From a virus (taxonomy: Duplodnaviria; Caudoviricetes), in the IMG/VR virus record IMGVR_UViG_2706795742_000001, positions 11,168 through 75,167 of that record: a DNA stretch of 64,000 nt. One strand, given 5' to 3'. Under the pieces are notes generated by a model that was not told where the DNA came from, did not search any database, and saw nothing but the letters and a program-made list of their open reading frames with translations. The position numbers and the translations under genes are program-made. Shown here in pieces: positions 21,093-29,604 of the stretch (positions are counted from its first letter, which is position 1; every line of letters begins with the position of its first letter).

Positions 21093-21794
21093 ATGAGCAC
21101 CGTACTCGACTCGGGGAGCTTTGTGTCTCCCGCAGCAATTAAACAGGCTGGTCACGCTGGCAGTTTCGGTTATCTGAGCACTTCTCGGCCCGGCACCAAT
21201 TTCTCTGGTAAGCCGATCAAGAAGTCTTGGGTTGACGAAATGAATAAACTCGGCCTGACTGTTATTTCGTGCTGGCAGTTTGGAAAGAATGCAACTGCTG
21301 ATTGGCGCAAGGGATTCATGGGCGGTGTTGCCGACGCAAATGCAGCTCTCACCAAGCATAAAGAATTGGGCGGCGATCCCTCCGCTCCTATTTTCTTTGC
21401 CATTGATGACGATGTGACGCTTGCCACCTTCAATGGTCCAGTTTCCGAATATCTCAAGGGTGCGGCTAGTATTCTTGGTGTAGATCGTGTCGGCGTTTAT
21501 GGCAGCATTCGCGTTGTCGAATGGGCGGTCGAAGACGAGCTTATCGGAAAGACTCACGACGGGTCAGGACGTTATTACGGCTGGCAGACTAAGGCGTGGT
21601 CTCAGGGAATTTCTAAGCACGCTTGCGTATATCAGCGGATCGTGGATACCGCGTCGAATCCCGGCCCAATCGTTGGCGGTAGCCGGGTCGATGTTAACGA
21701 CGTGCTCACTGACGATTATGGGCAGTGGGGATATTCTCGTGACGGAGTTGACTGGGACGCTGTAATGCACCAATTTATGGGAACTCTCGATTAA
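21093..21794 (+). CDS. lysin A, DUF1906/Rv2525c-like glycoside hydrolase domain (stand-alone)
   Basis: GYLSTSRPG...WQFGK...PIFFAIDDD...GVYGS...WQT.AWS...DVN pattern of GH25-like DUF1906. Confidence 0.88.
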   Translation: MSTVLDSGSFVSPAAIKQAGHAGSFGYLSTSRPGTNFSGKPIKKSWVDEMNKLGLTVISCWQFGKNATADWRKGFMGGVADANAALTKHKELGGDPSAPIFFAIDDDVTLATFNGPVSEYLKGAASILGVDRVGVYGSIRVVEWAVEDELIGKTHDGSGRYYGWQTKAWSQGISKHACVYQRIVDTASNPGPIVGGSRVDVNDVLTDDYGQWGYSRDGVDWDAVMHQFMGTLD

Positions 21795-21804
21795 GGAGAA
21801 TGCT

Positions 21805-22170
21805 ATGAAATTCATGCAATTCGTACTGGACTCGGATGGTCCAGATAAAATTGCTGAAACCGAAAAGATCGTGCGAGATAATCTTCATGCCAGCCTTGCT
21901 GCTGACGATGATCCCAGTAATGACGATCATCCGATTTCTGTTTCGTACAAGGCGGGGGTAGATTCTCTCGGCCGATCTGGAACTTATGTAATCGGTGAGG
22001 TTGAGGCAGAGCCTGCACCTTATCCAGAAGTTTCCCGTGAGGATTGGGAAATTCCGGGCGCGGAGAAAGATAAGGTCGTTGACTACCCGGCTGTCGCGGC
22101 TGGCACTGATTATGACAGTGTCGACGATCCCGATTACTTGGAGCATATGCTCGGAAAGGTTGTAGGATAA
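21805..22170 (+). CDS. acidic hypothetical protein in lysis cassette
   Basis: AAGGAG RBS, 121 aa, D/E-rich. Confidence 0.75.
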   Translation: MKFMQFVLDSDGPDKIAETEKIVRDNLHASLAADDDPSNDDHPISVSYKAGVDSLGRSGTYVIGEVEAEPAPYPEVSREDWEIPGAEKDKVVDYPAVAAGTDYDSVDDPDYLEHMLGKVVG

Positions 22171-22826
22171 TGGCATTCGTCAATGGCCCTCAGATGATGA
22201 GGGATATTGCAACTATGTGCAATCAGCGCTATGGCATTAATATTGTCTATGCGCCCGGTTGGGAGACTCGTGGAAATGGTCAGTCGTGGCCCGCTGGTGG
22301 TCCTAAAGGTTTTATTGACCATCACACCGCTGGTGGCAATAACATTTACCTTGACCAGAACCTTATTTCCGGGATTCCAGGACTCTCTGGCCCTCTATGT
22401 AACTTCGCGGGGCTTTACGACGGAGACCTAGCAGTGGTTGCCGCATATCCGGCTAATCATGCTGGCGCTTCCGGTGGCTGGGATACCGCACCGCTTCCCA
22501 ACACCAGCATGTTTAATCGTGAGGTTCTGGGTATTGAAATGCAGTACCGAGGCACTGAGCCCATGAGTCCTGCGCAATATCGGACCATGTGTGCAGTTAA
22601 CCGTTGCGCTGCAATTGTTCTTGGCTGGAAGAACATGAACGTCATTAAGACGCACAATGGAACTTCCATTCAGGGCAAATGGGACCCCGGTTACGCGCCC
22701 GGTAAAACCTACGACATTAACAAGATTCGTAGTGACGCAACCGCTCTTGACCCTAATGGCTCAGCTTCGGAAGACCCGAAGATTTTCGACGCAATTATGA
22801 CTCAGCTTATGGGAACGAGGGACTAA
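22170..22826 (+). CDS. lysin A, N-acetylmuramoyl-L-alanine amidase (Amidase_2) domain (stand-alone)
   Basis: HHTAG, ANHAG, LGIEM, H...KWDPG zinc-amidase motifs; TAATG coupling. Confidence 0.9.
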   Translation: MAFVNGPQMMRDIATMCNQRYGINIVYAPGWETRGNGQSWPAGGPKGFIDHHTAGGNNIYLDQNLISGIPGLSGPLCNFAGLYDGDLAVVAAYPANHAGASGGWDTAPLPNTSMFNREVLGIEMQYRGTEPMSPAQYRTMCAVNRCAAIVLGWKNMNVIKTHNGTSIQGKWDPGYAPGKTYDINKIRSDATALDPNGSASEDPKIFDAIMTQLMGTRD

Positions 22827-22828
22827 GG

Positions 22829-23095
22829 GTGTCAGAGACTGGTCAAAGAGCAATTATCCGGGCAACCGGAGACGTTGCTCAGCCGAAACTCGAAGTTGCT
22901 GTATTTGACTTCGACAACAATGAGTATGTAACAGAATGGGTTTCCCTGCCTGCTTTTAAGGCAGAGCTGACTATGGAGTCTGGCTGCATTACTACAGCTA
23001 GTGCTGAAATCTTCGTAGAGAAGCTGGAAAACCTCAGTGCGGTACTTGATACCGTTACTGTGATTACACCAGAAGAAAACACCGAAGGAGAATAA
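22829..23095 (+). CDS. acidic hypothetical protein in lysis cassette
   Basis: GTG start 2 nt after amidase stop, 88 aa, E-rich. Confidence 0.6.
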   Translation: MSETGQRAIIRATGDVAQPKLEVAVFDFDNNEYVTEWVSLPAFKAELTMESGCITTASAEIFVEKLENLSAVLDTVTVITPEENTEGE

Positions 23096-23099
23096 GATC

Positions 23100-23468
23100 A
23101 TGGCAACCGCCAGTGACGTACAGGGGCAGTTTATGGGTACCAACAGCAAGAGCAAGGCTGGCAATTTCGGGTGGGTCGGTCTCGCGCCTCAGCCCGATAA
23201 TGAGGACCGGCGAATCTCGCAGTTCCGCGTGATTCATAAGTCGGCGGGCGGCGCGGACGTTGACCGGCAGAGCGTCGTTGAGGCGCTGGGCACCCTGGTA
23301 TTTGAGCAGACGCTCCGAATCAAGGCTGTTACCAGCTACGACGAGGCCAAGGCGCGCGCCGTAGACGCAAAGCGCGGCGAAACCGTACTTGGACACGCGG
23401 CGATTGCAGCGGGGATGAGTATGGAAAACAACAAGCTGCTGCGTGAAATCGTCAGCAAGATTAAGTGA
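23100..23468 (+). CDS. protein resembling the C-terminal domain of actinophage lysin A
   Basis: DVQGQFMG...GWVGL...RQSVVEALG recalls the QLxG...GWxQL...TLVDALA segment of LysA C-termini (recognition from memory). Confidence 0.55.
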   Translation: MATASDVQGQFMGTNSKSKAGNFGWVGLAPQPDNEDRRISQFRVIHKSAGGADVDRQSVVEALGTLVFEQTLRIKAVTSYDEAKARAVDAKRGETVLGHAAIAAGMSMENNKLLREIVSKIK

Positions 23469-23478
23469 GGAAATGTTT

Positions 23479-23925
23479 ATGACCACGAATACACCCGACA
23501 CTCGGGGTCCGGTTAACATCTTCAATATCCGGTCGTTCAATGACCTGATCGCAATGCTGTATGTCATTATCCCGTTCGCGCAGGCCGCGCTAGTCGGGTA
23601 CGGTGTTGCCGACCAGAATCAGGCGCTGGTTATTGCAGGTTTTGCTGGTGCCCTGTTGCAGCTTGTGCTCACTTTTGCTCGCACACAGGAGTTTGCACGA
23701 AAGGCAATTTACACTATCCTGCTGGGCGTGAACGCCGTTCTGGTTATTTACCGGGTTATTGATCCGGAATTCCTTAACCAGTGGCTTCCGCTTATTAACA
23801 TTCTCCTTATTGGCGCACCCGCCGCGGTCGCTGTTCAGAATGTTAATACCTCCGGTGATGAGATTTATTCTCGCGCCGGTGCCGGTAGCTACCGCTACGA
23901 TCCTGACAAGGGAATCACCGGATAA
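23479..23925 (+). CDS. holin-like multi-pass membrane protein
   Basis: About four hydrophobic segments; GAGG RBS 8 nt upstream of ATG 23479 (ORF track start 23443). Confidence 0.7.
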   Translation: MTTNTPDTRGPVNIFNIRSFNDLIAMLYVIIPFAQAALVGYGVADQNQALVIAGFAGALLQLVLTFARTQEFARKAIYTILLGVNAVLVIYRVIDPEFLNQWLPLINILLIGAPAAVAVQNVNTSGDEIYSRAGAGSYRYDPDKGITG

Positions 23926-24464
23926 TGAGCACTACAGAGTCGTCGTACGGCATTTTGTCCCTTTGCACTGGGGTTGGTGCATTGGACATTGGCGTACGGC
24001 GTTCTCTGCAAAAGCTACAAGTTGAATCTCACCTTGTAGCTTTTGCTGAGAACGATAAGGACTGCTGCCTGGTTCTTGAGCGCCATTACCCCGAAATTCC
24101 AAACATCGGAGACTTGACACAGTTCTCTGATTGGGAGAATTTTAGGGATAGCGTTAAGATCATCACAGCCGGTTTCCCCTGTCAGCCATTTAGTCTGGCT
24201 GGGGCCAGGAAGGGTATAAGTGATGAGCGGTATCTTTGGCCGTTTATTGAACAGGCGATTCGCGCAATTCGACCGCAGTACATTTTCCTGGAAAATGTTG
24301 CGGGCTTCCGGTCGCAGGGGTTTAGCGAAGTCACAGCCTCTCTGGCCTCCAACGGGTATGATTTACGGTGGCACAGCGTACGAGCTTCTGATATTGGCGC
24401 GCCCCACAAGCGAGATAGAGTTTTCATCGTTGCCCGACCTGCTGCCGACTCCGGTAGCGAGTGA
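23925..24464 (+). CDS. DNA (cytosine-5) methyltransferase, N-terminal subunit
   Basis: Motif I LCTGVG, IV AGFPCQPFS, VI FLENVAG, VIII PHKRDRVF. Confidence 0.9.
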   Translation: MSTTESSYGILSLCTGVGALDIGVRRSLQKLQVESHLVAFAENDKDCCLVLERHYPEIPNIGDLTQFSDWENFRDSVKIITAGFPCQPFSLAGARKGISDERYLWPFIEQAIRAIRPQYIFLENVAGFRSQGFSEVTASLASNGYDLRWHSVRASDIGAPHKRDRVFIVARPAADSGSE

Positions 24465-24798
24465 CGGGCGCGGCTCGCGCGGGTGGACGCCTGGTGGCAC
24501 CCTTAATATCTCAAATTTTCCATTCCATTTGCTTCGTAATTGGAATGAGTACCTACCGGCGATAGAACGCTGGGAATCGGTAACGGGCATGAAGGCTCCC
24601 CATCCTCAGTATGAGGATGGAAATGGACACCGCCAAACTTCCCCTGTATTCGTTGAATGGATCATGGGAATGCAGCAAGGTTATGTCACTGAAACTGACG
24701 GAATTTCTGAGCTGGCTAAAACCAGAATACTTGGGAACAGTGTCGTTTCATCCGCAGCTACCGAGGCATATGACCGTTGCCTTGAGGATTGGATTTGA
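24430..24798 (+). CDS. DNA (cytosine-5) methyltransferase, C-terminal subunit (overlapping frame)
   Basis: LLPTP...EWIMG (IX)...ILGNSV (X); frame open from 24220; TTG 24430 is a guessed start. Confidence 0.75.
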   Translation: MPDLLPTPVASDGRGSRGWTPGGTLNISNFPFHLLRNWNEYLPAIERWESVTGMKAPHPQYEDGNGHRQTSPVFVEWIMGMQQGYVTETDGISELAKTRILGNSVVSSAATEAYDRCLEDWI

Positions 24799-24800
24799 AG

Positions 24801-25286
24801 ATGAAATCTGTTCTACAGCGGATCAGATTCTTTCATAAGAGAGGGGACTGGACTCCGCTGATTCCGTATCCATTTCGAGCAATCATCATGCTTGCCTGGT
24901 GCATTCTGCCAATTATTTACGGAGTTGATTATCTGCACGAAACTCCAGCCAGAGCTAATCGGCTCTCCTCTGTTGAGGATTTGATTCCTCTTTATGCGTG
25001 GGGAATGCTTATGATGGTAAATGGCGTCGCCGTAACGGCCTGTATGTTAATGCGCTGGCGACTCCGCGCCGTCATATCCCTGCACATTTTAGGCGCGCTG
25101 TGGGCGACGCTTGGCGTTGGCCTACTTTTGGACTCTATCGAATTTTGGGGCGGTGATGGATTCAGGAGTTCTGCGCTTTTCTTTACCGTAGCAATTAATT
25201 ATTGGGGGGCGGCTGCGGGGTACTACGCGCAAAAGTCATGGGTGTACCAGCCCATGCTTTTTATTAAACAGGAAGAAGGCGAGTAA
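24801..25286 (+). CDS. four-TM membrane protein (second holin-like)
   Basis: Four hydrophobic helices; in lysis cassette. Confidence 0.7.
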   Translation: MKSVLQRIRFFHKRGDWTPLIPYPFRAIIMLAWCILPIIYGVDYLHETPARANRLSSVEDLIPLYAWGMLMMVNGVAVTACMLMRWRLRAVISLHILGALWATLGVGLLLDSIEFWGGDGFRSSALFFTVAINYWGAAAGYYAQKSWVYQPMLFIKQEEGE

Positions 25287-25288
25287 GA

Positions 25289-25687
25289 ATGGTGCCATTC
25301 CCTGCCCTAGACAATCAGTGGCTAATGGTCGGTTTCTTTTTTCTCGTACTACTTCTTCCTTATTTACTCGGGGAGAAGACGGCTAAAATGCCTATCATTG
25401 GATGGGCTGCCAGGAAATTTCAAGCGGCCCTTAGAAAGAATCAGACAACCAGAGGAACTCCGCTGACGGTGGACGATCTTCACAATTTCGTGGGAGAGGC
25501 TGTAGACGAACGAGTCGGAAAGATCAAAGAGGAAGTCGAGGTTCTGGCTGATTATATTGCTTATGACGCAACCTGGCACCGACGATTTGATATTCAGGCT
25601 GGCGAAAAAGGGTGGGTACCCGATCCGCCAAAGCACATGACTCTCACAGAATGGCTGGACCGGGAGGGGCGCTCTCTGCCTATGTAA
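25289..25687 (+). CDS. single-pass membrane protein, lysis-associated
   Basis: N-terminal TM then soluble domain; GGAAGAAGG RBS. Confidence 0.7.
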   Translation: MVPFPALDNQWLMVGFFFLVLLLPYLLGEKTAKMPIIGWAARKFQAALRKNQTTRGTPLTVDDLHNFVGEAVDERVGKIKEEVEVLADYIAYDATWHRRFDIQAGEKGWVPDPPKHMTLTEWLDREGRSLPM

Positions 25688-25729
25688 ACTGCATGTTTTT
25701 ATTACCATCAGCTACTCAGGAGAGAGTAA

Positions 25730-26059
25730 ATGACCTCAGCACTTGCAACAACGACCACAATTAAGAATCTTCCACTAGATGATTCCGTGGGGTTTGTTTA
25801 CAGTATTCCTTGTACCACCGATGATCCTGAAATCGTTTTCATGGCAGTTTATTCTATGCCAGATTTTAGAGGTCACACCAAGAGAACTATTTGGAATTCG
25901 AGATATAATTCCAACAACGATACTTATGAATGGTATATCCAAGATGTTCGTGAATCCGAGGTAGTACACGGGTCCAACTACCGGATATATCGTCAGCCCG
26001 ATCCATTGCATGAAAAGTCTCGCGTTATGGAGCAAGCAGGAAGGTTCATTTTCACATGA
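25730..26059 (+). CDS. hypothetical protein
   Basis: AGGAG RBS, 109 aa. Confidence 0.7.
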   Translation: MTSALATTTTIKNLPLDDSVGFVYSIPCTTDDPEIVFMAVYSMPDFRGHTKRTIWNSRYNSNNDTYEWYIQDVRESEVVHGSNYRIYRQPDPLHEKSRVMEQAGRFIFT

Positions 26060-26841
26060 GTAAGACGCTCGTGGTCCTATGTCGAGGCATTGCCGATCCT
26101 ATGGATACCGGAATGCTTCACAATTTGGATCGGTATTTGCCTCCGGACGAGTTTGAGATTATGGACCTGCCCTGGAAGGCAGAATACGGTCCTGCGCCTA
26201 ATTTGTTTGGTGATCCGTTCGAGAAGAACCTTTCTGACGGCATTTCCCTTTTGAAGCGGCTATGCCTGTATGACCGGGCAGACACAGGGATTGTGGTCGT
26301 CGGCTACAGCGGCGGCGCTCAGCTCGCGGGCGACGTGCTGCGCGACCTCGCGGCGTATAAGGCACGCGGGGCCGGTGCCGCGAACGTGCTGGGCGGCGCT
26401 CTGCTCAGCGATCCGAGCCAACCTAAAGGGATTCCCGGCGCGGGGGATAAGTTCGGCATACGGACAAGCAGGACGGTCGGAAACGCTATCCCTGTGCGGT
26501 GGTACTTCGACACCAAGGACGTTATTTGCTGCTGCACGCCGCCGCCCGACTCTCTGCTGCGGGTTTTTGCCGACGCGAGCGCGGAGTTCTCGCTAGCCGG
26601 ACCAGCTGCCTGGTCCGGGAGTATTCCGCGACTGCTGGTGCGAAAATGGCAGACCTACCTGGTTCCGTGGAATAATCCGCTTAAGCTGCGAGACCAGATC
26701 AATACCGCCATTTATGAGGCAGAGGGTTACCTGTATCGTGGTGACCATACGGCATATCCCGTGCGGTATGATCCTAGCGACGGACTGCCTTACTTCGAGT
26801 CAATGGCTAATTGGATCAAGGAACTGGCTAAAACTAAATAG
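26056..26841 (+). CDS. lysin B (cutinase-like serine hydrolase)
   Basis: LCRGI, GYSGGA nucleophile elbow, SDP, DVICC, H near C-terminus. Confidence 0.85.
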   Translation: MSKTLVVLCRGIADPMDTGMLHNLDRYLPPDEFEIMDLPWKAEYGPAPNLFGDPFEKNLSDGISLLKRLCLYDRADTGIVVVGYSGGAQLAGDVLRDLAAYKARGAGAANVLGGALLSDPSQPKGIPGAGDKFGIRTSRTVGNAIPVRWYFDTKDVICCCTPPPDSLLRVFADASAEFSLAGPAAWSGSIPRLLVRKWQTYLVPWNNPLKLRDQINTAIYEAEGYLYRGDHTAYPVRYDPSDGLPYFESMANWIKELAKTK

Positions 26842-26852
26842 GCCAAGATAGC

Positions 26853-26895
26853 ACAATGCCCCCGTAGGATTATCTGAATCCTACGGGGGCATTGT
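26853..26895. terminator. bidirectional terminator between converging arms
   Basis: 19-bp perfect stem acaatgcccccgtaggatt / aatcctacgggggcattgt at the strand switch. Confidence 0.85.
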
Positions 26896-26943
26896 CTTAG
26901 CTCAGTGATATTAGTGCTCAGGGGCACCAAAGGGGGAAGTTAA

Positions 26944-27297
26944 TCACTGAGTGTCTTGCCGAATACCATTGTTTTTAAGGTACTCAACAAGTTCTTTGGT
27001 GGCGACGCCGTATTCGTCTCTTCCGCGAAGGAATGAGAATCTTACTACGATACCGTGAATTTCCACCATTTGTCTGAGAATCACATCTGGAACTGTCAGT
27101 GTGATTTTTCCGGTCACCGAGAACTTTTCAAGCTCATCAAGATCAACGGTGAGAGTGATTGGCTTTCCGTCGAGGTCCGCTGCCATTTGCTGTTTGGCAA
27201 GATCGAAAGACCACACCCGAATGGTGTTATTTTCGGCGGACTCCTGCTCTTGCTTTCTTTTCCAGATTTCAGCCTCGTGTTCTGGGGAAACATTCAT
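26944..27297 (-). CDS. hypothetical protein
   Basis: AAGGAG RBS upstream, 117 aa. Confidence 0.7.
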   Translation of the reverse strand: MNVSPEHEAEIWKRKQEQESAENNTIRVWSFDLAKQQMAADLDGKPITLTVDLDELEKFSVTGKITLTVPDVILRQMVEIHGIVVRFSFLRGRDEYGVATKELVEYLKNNGIRQDTQ

Positions 27298-27300
27298 TTC

Positions 27301-27456
27301 TCACTCCTTACATGTAAATTCGCCGTTTTCATGGAACCACATAACCTTTAGGCGCTGCTCCTTGCTGGAACCCGGAACCTTTGAGTCAATGATCCTGGGA
27401 ACTAGCTTGGTGTCACAAATATCACAGATTCGTGACTTCTTATCCTTGTAGCTCAT
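27301..27456 (-). CDS. small CxxC protein (51 aa, below ORF-track cutoff)
   Basis: MSYKDKKSRICDICDTK...; fills gap, AAGGA RBS. Confidence 0.55.
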   Translation of the reverse strand: MSYKDKKSRICDICDTKLVPRIIDSKVPGSSKEQRLKVMWFHENGEFTCKE

Positions 27457-27465
27457 TTATGATCC

Positions 27466-27750
27466 TTAGTCCGGGAAATCATCTACAGGAAGTTTTTCTT
27501 GCACTGGCCCCGAACTTTCCTCGTACTGCGGATGAGGAATGACCTGAATGGAACAAATATCATCCAGGCTAAAGTAGGACATAACCGGGAAAGAATTAAC
27601 AAGAATGATGGTAACCGATCCATCCAGCGGGTGACGGCTGCGCTGAACGTCACCACAGGCGACTACCTGCTCGGTACCATTCTTGTAGAGAATTTTCACA
27701 AGGAATTCGTGCTCCTTGCTCCATTCTGCCTTTGAATTGAAATCTGCCAT
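27466..27750 (-). CDS. hypothetical protein
   Basis: Start reassigned to ATG 27750 (MADFNSK) to avoid overlap. Confidence 0.65.
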   Translation of the reverse strand: MADFNSKAEWSKEHEFLVKILYKNGTEQVVACGDVQRSRHPLDGSVTIILVNSFPVMSYFSLDDICSIQVIPHPQYEESSGPVQEKLPVDDFPD

Positions 27751-27751
27751 T

Positions 27752-28258
27752 TCAGAACTTTCGTCCGTGCTTATAGGGACGGGTGGCATTAAAGCGGTTC
27801 TTGTAATAAATCGCCAGCAACAGCGCAGTAATTCGCTCATCGTCGTCGCCAGCCCAATCGCCGATACGAATAAAGGCGTCTGCAAACTCTGCTGCCTCGC
27901 CTTCGGCCTTAAGCGGCTTTCCATTCTCGTCAAATGGCTCGGTAGACTTGGTTCCGTCCTCGCGCTTGAACCACAAAAGCGGCTCACCGGATCGGTTGCT
28001 TTCCAGTGCCTCCGAAATCTCAGAATGAATCAGTGCGATGATTTCACCGAATCCGCGACCGGAATCATGGAACCCCTTAGACTCAGACATTTTCCAGCTT
28101 GCATGAGAAAGCACAGAAATCGCCTGAGCAATTGCAGCACCGCCGTCAAAAGTAAGCTCGCCGGTCTCGGGATTGAAATAGTCAGGGGAAGTACCCTCGC
28201 GCTGGGAAGCACTGAAAAGGTTCAGGGCAGTGTGGACGGCGTTAGTGGTGTCGGTCAT
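27752..28258 (-). CDS. MazG-like nucleotide pyrophosphohydrolase
   Basis: KGFH...IALIHSEISEALE...EFADAFIRIGD...KNRFNATRPYKHG. Confidence 0.85.
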   Translation of the reverse strand: MTDTTNAVHTALNLFSASQREGTSPDYFNPETGELTFDGGAAIAQAISVLSHASWKMSESKGFHDSGRGFGEIIALIHSEISEALESNRSGEPLLWFKREDGTKSTEPFDENGKPLKAEGEAAEFADAFIRIGDWAGDDDERITALLLAIYYKNRFNATRPYKHGRKF

Positions 28259-28683
28259 TTGTATTTCTTCTTTCGTGGAGTTCCGGGACATTCGCCCCAA
28301 TTAAAGATTCTTTCCGGGGCCGCGGGTAGTTCGTGATAATATCTACCGCAACCTAGCCTGCACTTTGAATTTTCTCGTTCCTCTTGCTTCCTCTTCTCCC
28401 TTAGTTTTGCCGATTCTGAACGATTAGGACGGGGACCAATGAGGCTGTAATTGTAGTGATTGTGACAAAGCCCCTTGGCTTTAATAGGCTTATTACAGCC
28501 CTTCTTAGTGCATTCTTTTGGCCGCTCTACAAGCTCAGTAAATCCAAGTCTCTTGAATCTCTGATAATGCTTAGAGCACATATCCATAGACCATACCGAG
28601 TCTGAGCAACCATCTACACTGCACTCTCTACTTAGCCTGTTCGCCACTTCGAGATTGCTCCGCCAATTCGTGCGCCTCTTCAA
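28255..28683 (-). CDS. tandem zinc-finger protein (two CxxxxC...CxxHY motifs)
   Basis: CSVDGC...MCSKHY and CTKKGC...LCHNHY; no HNH core visible. Confidence 0.6.
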   Translation of the reverse strand: MKRRTNWRSNLEVANRLSRECSVDGCSDSVWSMDMCSKHYQRFKRLGFTELVERPKECTKKGCNKPIKAKGLCHNHYNYSLIGPRPNRSESAKLREKRKQEERENSKCRLGCGRYYHELPAAPERIFNWGECPGTPRKKKYK

Positions 28684-29051
28684 AAATCTTGGCCCGCATA
28701 TAGACCAAAGCGTCCCCTAGTTCGTCAATGGTGTCGCGGATATTATCTCGACCATTGAAGGGCTGTAGAATCGTTCCGTATTTACGGAGTCCGAATTCCG
28801 CGCTTGGCAATTTCACTCGCTGGATTAATGCCCAGAGACTCGCAAAGTGCAACGAATGCCTCGGTAACCTTGAAGTAATTCATGGTTACGGACTTTTCCC
28901 GCGTTCCGTAGTTAACGAATCTCATGCCATTAAGGTCACGGCAAACCAAATCATGCGAACTGGGGTGTTCGTTAATGATCGGGTCCGGCTGCGGCGATAG
29001 CCCGCACTGCGTAGCCAGGAGGTCGCTAGCCGGGTCGGTAATGTCACTCAT
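28628..29051 (-). pseudogene. frameshifted nucleotide pyrophosphohydrolase-like gene (KYG..LQPFNGRD..D..E..D family)
   Basis: ORF 28782-29051 ends EIAKRGIRTP*; the +1 frame continues EFGLRKYGTILQPFNGRDNIRDTIDELGDALVY to 28628. Confidence 0.55.
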
Positions 29052-29226
29052 CTACTTTTGAACCCTTCTTGAATGCCTTCGAGCTAGAAATGGACATAAT
29101 AATAAATCCGCCAATCAGCGCAATGGCCGCCTCTGTTGGATAATCTTTTGTTAGAAACAGGGATAGAAGAACAAGCGCGGGGCCGACGATACATGCGAAA
29201 ATTCTATAGAACCAGACTTCAATCAT
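29044..29226 (-). CDS. small two-TM membrane protein
   Basis: 60 aa, two hydrophobic segments. Confidence 0.6.
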   Translation of the reverse strand: MIEVWFYRIFACIVGPALVLLSLFLTKDYPTEAAIALIGGFIIMSISSSKAFKKGSKVDE

Positions 29227-29585
29227 ACTTTGGCCGCCTTCTTATTTACTCGCTTCCAGGCGCGCTTAAACTGACGCGCTTTTCTGTTATCCCTGTATGA
29301 TCTTTCGTATTTGTTTGCCCAGCGATAATTCTCATCGACCATAAATACTTCGTGGCAAGATTCACACATCCAAAATGTACCGGGACTGAAAGCGGCTTTG
29401 TATGTCCAGCCTGTTTCTACAGTGGGCGGCTGGCATTTGCATGGAATTTTCTTTGATACTGTGCCGATCACTATTCCGGAAGAATTTACCGTAGCGCGAC
29501 CCTTATGCCTGTCCTTGCGAACGGCCTTTTTATCAGGCTGGTTCATTTGAATCACTTGGCATGGGATTAGAGTAAATCTCTCCAC
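29223..29585 (-). CDS. hypothetical protein with CxC...CxxC
   Basis: 120 aa, GTG start, ATGA overlap downstream. Confidence 0.6.
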   Translation of the reverse strand: MERFTLIPCQVIQMNQPDKKAVRKDRHKGRATVNSSGIVIGTVSKKIPCKCQPPTVETGWTYKAAFSPGTFWMCESCHEVFMVDENYRWANKYERSYRDNRKARQFKRAWKRVNKKAAKV

Positions 29586-29604
29586 TCTTCGGGTCCTTGA
29601 AAAA

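Noticed and set aside
28255-28683. HNH homing endonuclease call
   Set aside because: Only zinc-finger modules; no HNH catalytic motif. The same applies to 62348-62839
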